DNA of 64,000 bases. It comes from Macrostomum lignano (Eukaryota). How positions within the stretch are numbered: the first letter of the stretch is position 1; every line of letters starts with the position of its first letter. Below are positions 37,288 to 49,730 of this stretch, one piece after another. The stretch spans positions 248,001 to 312,000 of the forward strand of contig NIVC01000162.1 of assembly GCA_002269645.1 (NCBI GenBank), written 5' to 3'. A program made the translations under genes and the position numbers. The notes beneath the pieces were generated by a model. The model made no database searches and was not told where the DNA came from. It worked only from the letters and a program-made list of their open reading frames with translations.

Positions 37288-37939
37288 AGTCTGTCAGACT
37301 GTCGGATTGTCAGACTATCGGATTGTCAGACTGTCGGATTGTCAGACTGTCGGATTGTCAGACTGTCGGATTGTCAGACTGTCGGATTGTCAGACTGTCG
37401 GATTGTCAGACTGTCGGATTGTCAGACTGTCGGATTGTCAGACTGTCGGATTGTCAGACTGTCGGATTGTCAGACTGTCGGATTGTCAGACTGTCGGATT
37501 GTCAGACTGTCGGATTGTCAGACTGTCGGATTGTCAGACTGTCGGATTGTCAGACTGTCGGATTGTCAGACTGTCGGATTGTCAGACTATCGGATTGTCA
37601 GACTGTCGGATTGTCAGACTGTCGGATTGTCAGACTGTCGGATTGTCAGACTGTCGGATTGTCAGACTGTCGGATTGTCAGACTGTCGGATTGTCAGACT
37701 GTCGGATTGTCAGACTATATCGGATTGTCAGACTGTCGGATTGTCAGACTATCGGATTGTCAGACTATCGGATTGTCAGACTGTCGGATTGTCAGACTGT
37801 CGGATTGTCAGACTGTCGGATTGTCAGACTGTCGGATTGTCAGACTGTCGGATTGTCAGACTGTCGGATTGTCAGACTGTCGGATTGTCAGACTGTCGGA
37901 TTGTCAGACTGTTGGATTGTCAGACTGTCGGATTGTCAG
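37288..37939. repeat. 16-bp minisatellite GTCAGACTGTCGGATT
   Basis: About 40 copies. Confidence 0.95.
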
Positions 37940-38682
37940 AGAAATACTGCAAAGTATTTGATTTAATTTTTATTAAACAATTTCAGACCACTTTGATCCC
38001 AAACACTCTACTACTCTGTCAATAGTAAGTAGCAAATAGTGTATGTATTATTCACTGTTAAGAGTAATTGGAACTGGCAGAATTCTGTGCTAAGTTTTTC
38101 GACTAAAAGCTTGCGAATCGAGCTGCTGTTGATGAGTTAAAACCGAGTTCAGCAGATCATGCGGGGTTGAGCTTCGGTGCTTGAGCACCGAATTAAGAGA
38201 TAAAGCAGAGATTTTCTTTTAATCTTCTCTCCCCTCATACATTAAAATCCTGCTTAGCTGTAAAGTTGATGATGCATGCAATAATTGCTATACCATAATC
38301 TTCGTGTTAAATAACTGCAGAGATCCCTGTTCCTTACCTAGCCCGGGAATTAATCTTTATAGTGACTTCTTAGCTCGGGTTTCATACAGCAATAGATCAA
38401 GGAGAATTAGAAGTGGAAACTCGTTTCGGTGAGCAAATATACCAGAAAAAGGCTTTTGATTGACCTTCCAATAATATATATTTGTTTCAAACTGATTGTT
38501 ACTATTTCTGGAGGCCTTCTGGGAGCCTAGGGTTTGAGCCTTCAAAAGTTTTTCCTAGAAACGATGTGTCCCATCCTTCTTATTAGAGGGAACAAAGCCT
38601 ACCGTCATTTACATGTACTTTAACATGAAAGTATAAACAGCATTTAGGAATATTCAAGACAATACGAAAAGTACTCCAGCAA

Positions 38683-39567
38683 AGATTAGCGAATCAAATG
38701 GATCAGTGAACAGTCAGGCTAATTACGGTAACAGTTGCTCTCTCAGGTGCCAGCAGAGATTACTGAATCAAATGAATCTGTGAGCAGTCAGGCTAATTAC
38801 GGTAACAGTTGCTCTCTCAGGTGTCAGCAAAGATTAGCGAATCAAATGAATCTGTGAGCAGTCAGGCTAATTACGGTAACAGTTGCTCTCTCAGGTGTCA
38901 GCAGAGATTAGCGAATCAAATGAATCTGTGAACAGTCAGGCTAATTACGGTAACAGTTGCTCTCTCAGGTGTCAGCAGAGATTAGCGAATCAAATGAATC
39001 TGTGAACAGTCAGGCTAATTACGGTAACAGTTGCTCTCTCAGGTGTCAGCAGAGATTACCGAATCAAATGAATCCGTGAGCAGTCAGGCTAATTACGGTA
39101 ACAGTTGCTCTCTCAGGTGTCAGCAGAGATTACCGAATCAAATGAATCCGTGAGCAGTCAGGCTAATTACGGTAACAGTTGCTCTCTCAGGTGTCAGCAG
39201 AGATTACAGAATCAAATGAATCTGTGAGCAGTCAGGCTAATTACGGTAACAGTTGCTCTCTCAGGTGTCAGCAGAGATTACAGAATCAAATGAATCTGTG
39301 AGCAGTCAGGCTAATTACGGTAACAGTTGCTCTCTCAGGTGTCAGGAGAGATTACCGAATCAAATGAATCTGTGAGCAGTCAGGCTAATTACGGTAACAG
39401 TTGCTCTCTCAGGTGTCAGCAGAGATTACAGAATCAAATGAATCTGTGAGCAGTCAGGCTAATTACGGTAACAGTTGCTCTCTCAGGTGTCAGCAGAGAT
39501 TACCGAATCAAATGAATCAGTGAGCAGTCAGGCTAATTACGGTAACATTTGCTCTCTCAGGTGTCAG
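38683..39567. repeat. 74-bp tandem repeat, ~12 copies, just 3' of the pseudokinase stop
   Basis: CAGTCAGGCTAATTACGG recurs at 38711, 38785, 38859. Confidence 0.95.
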
Positions 39568-39600
39568 TGAGGATCGGATTAGTGACGCTGAGTCAGCTCG

Positions 39601-42600
39601 CTAGCCGAACAAGCTGTACAGCACGCGCGACCTGCTGGTGAAGTAGGAACCGACCATCCGGTCAGCGTCGTCACCAAGATTGGTGGCCGGCTTCGAAGGC
39701 GTCGGCTCCCTGTTGTAGCCCTGCATGATGAGGCTGTGTGCGAACCAGAGTCCCTCGGGAGGCTGGGCTATCTCCAGGGCCTCCCAGTTGGTGTTCTTAG
39801 GGGTGGCGAAGTTGTTGGATGAAGCAAAATCGATTGATAGCGGAAAAATTTATGACCTGAATTTATATTAATTTTGTTTGATTGGGGTTGTGAACTTCGT
39901 TCAGACATCTCAATCGATTCTAATCTCTGTCAGCTGGATGTCACATATCGATTCTAATCTCTGTCAGCTGGATGTCACATATCGATTCTAATCTCTGTCA
40001 GCTGGATGTCACATATCGATTCTAATCTCTGTCAGCTGGATGTCACATATCGATTCTAATCTCTGTCAGCTGGATGTCACATATCGATTCTAATCTCTGT
40101 CAGCTGGATGTCACATATCGATTCTAATCTCTGTCAGCTGGATGTCACATATCGATTCTAATCTCTGTCAGCTGGATGTCACATATCGATTCTAATCTCT
40201 GTCAGCTGGATGTCACATATCGATTCTAATCTCTGTCAGCTGGATGTCACATATCGATTCTAATCTCTGTCAGCTGGATGTCACATATCGATTCTAATCT
40301 CTGTCAGCTGGATTTCACATATCGATTCTAATCTCTGTCAGCTGGATGTCACATATCGATTCTAATCTCTGTCAGCTGGATGTCACATATCGATTCTAAT
40401 CTCTGTCAGCTGGATGTCACATATCGATTCTAATCTCTGTCAGCTGGATGTCACATATCGATTCTAATCTCTGTCAGCTGGATGTCACATATCGATTCTA
40501 ATCTCTGTCAGCTGGATGTCACATATCGATTCTAATCTCTGTCAGCTGGATGTCACATATCGATTCTAATCTCTGTCAGCTGGATGTCACATATCGATTC
40601 TAATCTCTGTCAGCTGGATGTCACATATGGATTCCTGTACGTGGGGCCAAAAGCAGTGCAAATGTCTAACTTTTAATGCGTGTACGCTCGTACTTACAAT
40701 AAAATAGTTGTGCTCCATCATGAGCTGATAGCCTTTGAACTCGAACTCTCCGTAACCGGCATCGAGGTTGAAGTCGTTGCTAAAACCCGAACCCGAGGAT
40801 TTAGGCTTTTGGGCGTTTTTCCCCGCCAATGAGGCCGAACAGTTCGTCTGGGGCATCAGCGCTGATTTTCCCGGGCCAAGCGGCATCGGACGGCCTTCGT
40901 CGTCAAAATCGAGGCGCCATGACAGATGCTGTCCGGCCACTGGCGGCCGTTTTGGCAGCGGCCTCGCAGCCAGCCGAGGCTTCGGCAACGGCGGCGTCGA
41001 GTGCTGCGTGGCTGGCACGAGACCGATAGTCTGCGGCTGGGCTCGCTTCGACCGATGCCCGGCCGGCAGCTGAGGAGTCGGCTCCAGCATCGACCCGGAC
41101 TCTGACACGGATGCTGATTTCGGCGTGCCGCCATTCTCGGCGTCCGCTGTTGCGGATAGCGGCGTCTTCCAGGACTCCCTGATTGATTTCATTGAAGCCG
41201 TGGACCAACCTTTCAGACGCCCTTTCGAAGCCTGGTCGAAGTACATGGACGAGCTCACTCGTGCCCGCTGCAACTCCTGCCTGCGCTGCCAGAGGCGCTC
41301 GTTTTTTGCCTCCTTGATGGCGTCCCGCTGAGCGAAGTTGCCGGCGGCGCCCTGACTGCCACCGAAGCCGGTCATGGCTGTGCCGGCCGCAAACGAACTG
41401 GCCGCGCCCATGGATGCTCGAGAAATTCGAATCTGCCCGACCGCGTCGCTGTCGCTTTCGAAGCCTTCAAAATCATCAACTGGATCAATGAATTGGCTGG
41501 AGACGCGCGAATAGCCGGCCAGTTGGCTGGCGCTGCGCATCAACTCCAGCTCCAGTATTTTCTGTGCGCGGGTAAGCGGATACGGAGTCTATTATTGCCC
41601 GGGGTATTATTGACACATTGAAAGGCAGCTAACCGAGATTAGACAAAGCCGGACACCAACTTCTAATAGCTTCCCAGCCGTTATAGCTTCTTTATTAGCA
41701 AAATTTTAGCCTAGTGGTTAGAGCGTCGGACTCACGACTGAAAGACACTTAACTCTGCATTGCTTCAGTTCACCCAGCTGTAAAATGGGTGCCAGTATTA
41801 GCTGGGATAATTGAGGGTGTATGTGGCGACCCCCCCTCCCCCCAGTCCTTGGACTGAGCAGCCGTACGCAGCCTTCAGATGCGCCGCGCAATAGCTGCGG
41901 CTGAGCTGTCGGTTGCACATCTGCCCATTGGGACAGGTGTAATCAATTATTATTATCATATTATTAACATAGCTCGTACAACACTACGCATTGCTACGAA
42001 GATATCTAAAACTTACTTCCTCTTCAGCTCTAGGAATGCGACTCCACGAGTAGCACAGGTCGGCTTCCATCCAGCTGGGCTGAAGACTCTCCAGTATTCG
42101 GCGCATCGCCTCCTTGGTGACAATTTTGTTCCTGATGTAGCGAACGAGCGCTCCGAAATTGTGACAATCGCAGAGCTTCGGGTCCATGCACTCGGCCGTG
42201 AGGCGACACTTTGGACAGATGCCAACAAACACGTCCCTGCGCCTGTGGTCGTCGGCAGTTGAATGCATGTGAGAGATGCTGAAGTGTCGAATATTGTCGC
42301 AGTGCAGAACTCCCAGCATAGCGGCGTATCGCAGAGCGTCCAGCTGGTGAGAAGCTTCGCCGATTTTTTCGCAAAGCGACGTGTCGAAATCGGTAATCTG
42401 CGGCCGACCATAGTAGTCGAGCGCGATGCTGCACAGAGACAGATTGCCGTGATAGATGCAACTGTGGCGCATGAACTCCAAGCCCAGCAGAATGCAGGCG
42501 GCGTAATAGCGTACGCTATTGTGCGAGAGATGCACCACTAGCTTCTTGAGGTCGCTCAGGTACATGTTCGGTGGCAGGGGAGCAATGACGAGCATGTCCC

Positions 42601-43101
42601 GTTGATGAAGTCTAGCCGCCACTACTGGCTGTACAAACGCTGTCATTCTGGCTAGGTCCGTTTGCACCTTAAAAACCGCTTTAAAACTCTTTATTATCCT
42701 CTTGCTCTCTTCGTCATCCCATTCGCGTAAAGATCGACTAGTGCACGCGTACCGGACGCCAGTGTCGGTGCAGCGAACGCATCTGCAAATCGAGGAGCCG
42801 AGGAGAATTAGGCGTATCAGGTGACTTACCGATCGGTTGCTTAATAATCTAGTCAAAGGTGCGCTGAAGAGGGGCACCGATTGAGGCTCTGAAATGGGTC
42901 TAAAGTCGTGTTTCATGGTTTAATGTGACCTAAGAGTCTTGTCCTGCGGTAAAGTGTCAAAAGGATGTAACTTGGTCTCGAAAGTGTATTCGAGTAAGCT
43001 GCCCATTGATGGTCAATTGATTCTTCGACGCTATGTGTATAGACTTTAAGGCTTTGGTGGAGTGGACGGACAATTGATGGTGGACAAGCAATGGAGCACA
43101 T
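39601..43101 (-). CDS. AGC-kinase-derived pseudokinase, ~700 aa; exons 43101-42930, 42888-42017, 41561-40698, 39795-39601; an upstream exon 43389-43160 may belong
   Basis: CVRCTDTGVRYACT (beta2-beta3), VRYYAACILLGLEFM..IYHGNLSLCSIALDYYGRPQITDFD (alphaE to DFG), MEHNYFI|NTNWEAL..QPP (AGC C-tail). Phase-0 junctions at 42017/41561 and 40698/39795; the first junction needs a 41-nt intron. Confidence 0.75.
39912..40628. repeat. 34-bp minisatellite ATATCGATTCTAATCTCTGTCAGCTGGATGTCAC, ~21 copies, in the last pseudokinase intron
   Basis: Near-identical tandem copies. Confidence 0.96.
41707..41965 (+). mobile_element. tRNA-derived SINE copy 1 (B box deleted) in a pseudokinase intron
   Basis: A-box head TAGCCTAGTGGTTAGAGCG; central AAGACACTTAACTCT..CACCCAGCTGTAAAATGGGT; 3' body nearly identical to 55404-55520; (ATT)n-like tail. 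Confidence 0.8.
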
Positions 43102-43454
43102 GGCTATAATGTTATTTTAGTTAACTCTGCTATCTGCCATATGACTTGCTCAGACCTACCGAGTTCCATTCTGGACGCTCTGTCGGTGGTCCAGCCAGAA
43201 ATCTCGCGTCATTCGCCTCAGATCGAATGAGCCGTCAACCAGCAGGATTCGACTTTTACGACGCTGCTTGCGTGAGTCAACGTCCATATCGCTGGATAGG
43301 CTGTAACTAAAATCAATGCTTTTTGAAGTCTTCGAACTCTGGTTCGGCTTTTGCTTTGCGTCACGTTTCGGCGAGATTTCTCCCGACATTTTGACTTCTG
43401 GCTTCTTTTTTGGTGCAATTCTCTGCTTTAATAAGAAAACTGACACTGATTTCT

Positions 43455-44023
43455 ATGAGCCTACGAGTCGTACCTGAGCTTAATCAAAATCTGTTTTATT
43501 TCAATCAGTTCACAGACTGTTTGTCAATCAAACTGGGATCGAAGAAAGGGATCGATTCCTTCGCACAGACAAAAGAGAGCGTCTATGGTTGCGCGCAGCT
43601 ATTAATAGAAAATATCGATAAACACAAGGAACTTTATACCCCGGTGACAGTGCGGTGCTTTTTCTCTCTGACTTTGCAAAACGTCACGGAGTCTTACACC
43701 ATATCAGGGGCAGTGCAGCTGGCCCTCTGGTGAACGCGACTGGCTCTCGCGCCACGGACCCTAATTTGATTCCGTGCATAAAACGCATTTGTTTGGCGCT
43801 TGTGAGCGAAAACTGGGTTTTCGCACCCATGAGGGCACAGAGTGTGCCTGTGCTCAGGAGCCAGTGGAATGGGAAGAATTGCCTCAGCACTGGCTGTGAG
43901 TGCTGTGAGACACCGAAGGTGCTGCGCCAGGGGTGCCCGCAGCCTTCCTGCCAATACTTTATTGTAGCCGATCGTATGCTTTTTAGAAGTCCTTGTGTGC
44001 GCATGCAGCTCACAGACTTATAG
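43455..44023 (+). CDS. Candidate small gene of unknown product, divergent from the pseudokinase locus
   Basis: Two consecutive non-repetitive ORFs (MSLRVVPELNQNLF... and ...GSAAGPLVN...CECCETPK...) that could join through a ~54-nt intron; weak splice sites, no known motif. Confidence 0.3.
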
Positions 44024-44173
44024 ACAGCAGATCTTATTATAGCAGCTTGTATTGTGATGAAACTTACGGCTCGTACAATAACGAAGACCTCGTGCAGAAA
44101 CATGATCAAAAAACGCCTACATACTTGTAGGACTACAGAGAGCAGAGGCTGCAGACGGGGGTCGGAATTGCTC

Positions 44174-44175
<2 letters not shown>

Positions 44176-44253
<78 letters not shown>
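44176..44253. repeat. (CT)n microsatellite
   Basis: Pure CT run. Confidence 0.98.
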
Positions 44254-44257
<4 letters not shown>

Positions 44258-44559
44258 CCCTGGTGCTCATTAGGTTAATGAAAATAGCAGGAACGTTATC
44301 CATAATTGCTCATACAAGTATTAGCAAGCTTAAGCGCCTTCTAAATGTCAAAAATCACGCACTTTAAATTCTGTTTCCAATGAAAGTGAAAAGACGCAAG
44401 TGAATTCAGAAAATGGTTTTTTTATTTTTTAGTAGATAATTTTTGGATTACCTGTAGCGAACGGATAAGCATAGTAAACAATACTGTCTGATTTTTTCCA
44501 GCAAATGCCAAGCTAAGGTATGTGCTGGTGTCAAAGAGTCAGAAGGCGAGGCTGAGAGG

Positions 44560-45003
44560 GTGCCAGTGAGGTAGAGGGCATGGGGTTGTAGGTGTCGGTG
44601 GGTAGAGGGTAGGGGGAGGTGGGTGTCGGTGGGTAAAGGGCATGGGGTTGTAGGTGTCAGTGGGGTAGAGGGTAGGGGGAAGTGGGTGTCGGTGGGGTAG
44701 AGGGTAGGGGGAGGTGGGTGTCGGTGGGGTAGAGGGTAGGGGGAGGTGGGTGTCGGTGGGTAGAGGGCATGGGGTTGTAGGTATCGGTGGGGTAGAGAGT
44801 ATGGGAGGTGGGTGTCGGTGGGTAGAGGATAGGGGGAGGTGGGTGTCGGTGGGTAGAGGATAGGGGGAGGTGGGTGTCGGTGGGGTAGAGGGTAGGGGGA
44901 GGTGGGTGTCGGTGGGTAGAGGGCAGGGGTAGGTGGGTGTCGATTGGTAGAGGGCAGGGGGAGGTGGGTGTCGGTGGGTAGAGGGCCGGGATAGGTGGGT
45001 GTC
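44560..45003. repeat. G-rich ~31-32-bp minisatellite GGTGGGTGTCGGTGGGGTAGAGGGTAGGGGGA
   Basis: Tandem copies with four G-tracts per unit. Confidence 0.9.
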
Positions 45004-45031
45004 GGAGGGAGAGGCTGGAATCCCGAGAAAC

Positions 45032-48000
45032 TTAATAATCACGCTGGCCGTTGGCCTCGACCCCGGCTGGCACCTGTGGCAGCTGTCGCTGGACTCGCTT
45101 GGGCCGCCGGCGGGGCTGCCCAACTCGAAGCGCCCCAGTTTCTTTTGTCGCCGAATCATCCTGGCCCTCCAACAATGCGGCGGTCTTCTGACCGCATCCG
45201 CCGCCGCCGCCGCTGTCATTGTCCTCCAGCGACACGAACGGCTGCAGCAGGTCAGCCGAGTGGTGCAGCAGCAGCAGGTAGCCCCGGCCCTCCGGGTGCG
45301 GCTCCAGCACGGCTACGCACCGCCGGTGCGGCACGTAGGCGAGGCTGGCCGGGGCCCGAAGGCCGTCGTGCCGGTCCATCAGGCCGCACAGCCGGCCGCT
45401 CGGCAGCAGGAGGCCGACGCAGGCGCCAGCCGCCACCAGCACGTTCCCGTCGTGGTCGGCGGCGACTCCGGCCACTTCTGGTCGGGGCTCGCTGAGTAGC
45501 CGGAAGCCCTCGCTGGGACAGTTGCGCAGCGGCCGGCCGCCGAAGCTGAAGATCTTCACCGAGGCGAAGTCGGCCACGACGATTCGACGATCGAGCGTCA
45601 CCGCCACGGACTCCGGCCGCGTCAGCTGGGCGGGGCCGTCGCCCTGCTCGCCGAATTGACTGCGCAGGCTGCCATCGGCGAAGAGCACCACGATGCGGTG
45701 CCGAGCGCGATCGGACAGCACGAAGTAGTCGCTCTGGGTCACCGCCAGGCCTCTCGGCTCGAGCGGCTGGTGGCGCGGCTCGCCCGGCAGCAGCTTTAAG
45801 AAGTCGCCCTGCCTGTCGAACAGTTTTGCCAGGTTCTGCACGGTGTCGGTCAGGGCGATGCAGCCGCTGCTGGTTATCGCGACGGCGAACGGCGCGTTCA
45901 CGCTGTCCTCCTGCTGGCCGGGGCAGCCGAAGCACAGCTTCACGAGGCCGCGGTCGCTGACCACCACGATGCGGTGGTTGCCGGAGTCCGCCACCGCAAA
46001 GTCACCTGCGGGTTGGCGACGGGGACTTTGCTCCTATAGACTGTCCTGCTCTGCTCTGCAATATCCTGTCCTGCTCTGCAATATCCTGCTCTTCTCTGCA
46101 ATATCCTGAACTGCTCTGCAATATCCTGCCCTGCTCTGCAATATCCTGCCCTGCTCTGCAATATCCTGCCCTGCTCTACAATATCATGTATCCTGCCCTG
46201 CTCTGCAATATCCTGCCCTGCTCTACAATATCCTGCTCTGCTCCGCAATATCCTGCCCTGCTCTGCAATATCCTGCCCTGCTCTGCAATATCCTGCCCTG
46301 CTCTGCAATATTCTGAACTGCTCTGCAATATCCTGAACTGCTCTGCAATATCCTGCCCTGCTCTGCAATATCCTGCCCTGCTCTGCAATATCCTGCCCTG
46401 CTCTGCAATATCCTGCCCTGCTCTGCAATATCCTGTATCCTGCCCTGCTCTGCAATATCCTGAACTGCTCTGCAATATCCTGCCCTGCTCTGCAATATCC
46501 TGCCCTGCTCTGCAATATCCTGCCCTGCTCTGCAATATCCTGCCCTGCTCTGCAATATCCTGCCCTACTCTGCAATATCCTGAACTGCTCTGCAATATCC
46601 TGAACTGCTCTGCAATATCCTGAACTGCTCTGCAATATCCTGAACTGCTCTGCAATATCCTGAACTGCTCTGCAATATCCTGAACTTCTCTGCAATATCC
46701 TGTTCTTTTCTGCAATATCCTGAACTGCTCTGCAATATCCTGAACTTCTCTGCAATATCCTGTTCTTTTCTGCAATATCCTGAACTGCTCTGCAATATCC
46801 TGAACTTCTCTGCAATATCCTGCTCTTCTCTGCAATATCCTGAACTGCTCTGCAATATCCTGAACTGCTCTGCAATATCCTTCTCTGCTCTGCAATATCC
46901 TTCTCTGCACTGCAATATCCTGAACTTCTCTGCAATATCCTGTTCTTTTCTGCAATATCCTGCCCTGCTCTGCAATATTCTGAACTGCTCTGCAATATCC
47001 TGAACTGCTCTGCAATATCCTGCCCTGCTCTGCAATATCCTGCCCTGCTCTGCAATATCCTGCCCTGCTCTGCAATATCCTGCCCTGCTCTGCAATATCC
47101 TGTATCCTGCCCTGCTCTGCAATATCCTGCCCTGCTCTGCAATATCCTGCCCTGCTCTGCAATATCCTGCCCTGCTCTGCAATATCCTGCCCTGCTCTGC
47201 AATATCCTGCCCTGCTCTGCAATATCCTGCCCTACTCTGCAATATCCTGAACTGCTCTGCAATATCCTGAACTGCTCTGCAATATCCTGAACTGCTCTGC
47301 AATATCCTGAACTGCTCTGCAATATCCTGAACTGCTCTGCAATATCCTGAACTTCTCTGCAATATCCTGTTCTTTTCTGCAATATCCTGAACTGCTCTGC
47401 AATATCCTGAACTTCTCTGCAATATCCTGTTCTTTTCTGCAATATCCTGAACTGCTCTGCAATATCCTGAACTTCTCTGCAATATCCTGCTCTTCTCTGC
47501 AATATCCTGAACTGCTCTGCAATATCCTGAACTGCTCTGCAATATCCTTCTCTGCTCTGCAATATCCTTCTCTGCTCTGCAATATCCTGAACTTCTCTGC
47601 AATATCCTGTTCTTTTCTGCAATATCCTGCCCTGCTCTGCAATATTCTGAACTGCTCTGCAATATCCTGAACTGCTCTGCAATATCCTGCCCTGCTCTGC
47701 AATATCCTGCCCTGCTCTGCAATATCCTGCCCTGCTCTGCAATATCCTGCCCTGCTCTGCAATATCCTGTATCCTGCCCTGCTCTGCAATATCCTGCCCT
47801 GCTCTGCAATATCCTGCCCTGCTCTGCAATATCCTGCCCTGCTCTGCAATATCCTGCCCTGCTCTGCAATATCCTGCCCTGCTCTGCAATATCCTGCCCT
47901 ACTCTGCAATATCCTGAACTGCTCTGCAATATCCTGAACTGCTCTGCAATATCCTGAACTGCTCTGCAATATCCTGAACTGCTCTGCAATATCCTGAACT

Positions 48001-49133
48001 TCTCTGCAATATCCTGTTCTTTTCTGCAATATCCTGAACTGCTCTGCAATATCCTGAACTTCTCTGCAATATCCTGTTCTTTTCTGCAATATCCTGAACT
48101 GCTCTGCAATATCCTGAACTTCTCTGCAATATCCTGAACTGCTCTGCAATATCCTGAACTGCTCTGCAATATCCTGAACTGCTCTGCAATATCCTTCTCT
48201 GCTCTGCAATATCCTTCTCTGCTCTGCAATATCCTGAACTTCTCTGCAATATCCTGTTCTTTTCTGCAATATCCTGAACTGCTCTGCAATATCCTGAACT
48301 TCTCTGCAATATCCTGTTCTTTTCTGCAATATCCTGAACTGCTCTGCAATATCCTGAACTTCTCTGCAATATCCTGCTCTTCTCTGCAATATCCTGAACT
48401 GCTCTGCAATATCCTGAACTTCTCTGCAATATCCTGCTCTTCTCTGCAATATCCTGAACTGCTCTGCAATATCCTGAACTGCTCTGCAATATCCTGCTCT
48501 GTTTTGCAATATCCTGAACTGCTCTGCAATATCCTGAACTGCTCTGCAATATCCTGAACTGCTCTGCAATATCCTGAACTGCTCTGCAACATCCTGCTCT
48601 GCTCTGCAATATCCTGAACTTCTCTGCAATATCCTGCTCCCGCCCTCACCTCCAAGCGTGACCGCCAGGCCGCGCGGCTGCCTAAGCGCGTTGCGCCCGG
48701 TCGGCGCGATTCGCACGAGCAGCCCGGCGCCGCCAACAGCCGGTAGCGGCGGCTCCGGCGGCTGCGGCTGCGACCGCTGCTGACCGACCGAGGCCGCCGC
48801 CCCAGCCAGGCGCCCGATCACCCATTTCGTCTTGCCGGCGAAGGCTTCGGCAAAGCCGCCCAAAGTCTGGCGCATCGACTCCATGGTGCTGGCCAGTGCT
48901 GACCCCTCGGCCGGCTGACTTTCGGCGTCCTCGGCTGGCCGGCCGGACAGCAGGCAGCCCTGAAGGAGGCACCAGCCGCGACTGGCTTGGCCGAGGCAGC
49001 TGCCGTCGGCTGCTGGCAGTTGATGGGGCATGACAGGAAACTCGATAATACTGCAGCTTGCTTGAGGCTCTCTCTCTCTCTCTGAGACATCTTCAATGCT
49101 TACTGGTGTTGCATCGGGTTCTCTCTCTCCCAT
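45032..49133 (-). CDS. NHL-repeat (beta-propeller) protein; exons ~49133-48650 (start uncertain) and 46005-45032
   Basis: NHL blades LRQPRGLAVTLG|GDFAVADSGNHRIVV, VNAPFAVAITSSGCIALTD, LEPRGLAVTQSDYFVLSDRARHRIVV, LTRPESVAVTLDRRIVVAD; phase-1 intron 46006-48649. Confidence 0.88.
46045..48637. repeat. 20-bp minisatellite CTCTGCAATATCCTG(CCCTG/AACTG/AACTT/TTCTT) with a 667-bp higher-order repeat, filling the NHL intron
   Basis: Marker insertion GTATCCT at 46435, 47102, 47769. Confidence 0.96.
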
Positions 49134-49730
49134 CCGCCCCTCTGTCTCAAATGGAGGAGATTAATTCCCCCCCCCCTTGAGCTCAGCACTTGCGTCCGGC
49201 AGAGAAAGAGCTGCGCGTGATTGGCAAGTCTAATAATAGGCCGCCATTATACAGGGGGGCTGGCATGGAGCGCGCTGATCGAATGCAAAGTCCAATTCTA
49301 AAAGGGAGTGTCGAGCTGGGGATAACTGCCCTGCCCGCTCGGAGAAAAGGGGGATTTGCAGAAAGCCGAGACGCCACGGGACAGAGCAGCCCACCCCAAA
49401 GCTACATGTAGTGTCTGCGGGGCTCAACAACAAGGAATTTAAATAAAGGCCGGCTTAGCGGGGTGGCGCAGGCATAGATGGCTGGCAGCTGACACACAAC
49501 ACCAGCTCGGGGTGCTCAATTGGCCCGCACAATTTAGGCTGACCGGTCGGCGCTTATGGCTACCGCATTCTGCTTGTATCGATCTAATTGAGATTCTCGA
49601 TATGCTTACGTTTGCTGCAGAATTAGATTGCGATTCGCTCAGCACGCCTGAATAATAGTAGGCTGACTGCGCATTGCACACTAAATTTTATATACTGGAA
49701 CAAAAACCTAAAAATATTACCTGGATAGTT

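Noticed and set aside
38683-40628. CRISPR-like appearance of the 74-bp and 34-bp arrays (also 65-bp at 19385 and 32-bp at 53378)
   Set aside because: Units are head-to-tail with no unique spacers; no cas genes; eukaryotic context
40587-40634. Short terminal exon ESICDIQLTEIRIDM after a 63-nt intron
   Set aside because: It is the edge of the 34-bp array; splicing to 39795 instead restores the HNYF-NWEAL AGC motif. Remains possible as a minor isoform
44995-45499. Antisense ORFs over the NHL exon (likewise over the zinc-finger, PDI and CYB5R4 exons)
   Set aside because: Expected shadow ORFs of GC-rich coding sequence
45940-49133. 630-720 aa ORFs that appear to extend the NHL gene
   Set aside because: Canonical phase-1 donor (48649) and acceptor (46006) excise the array
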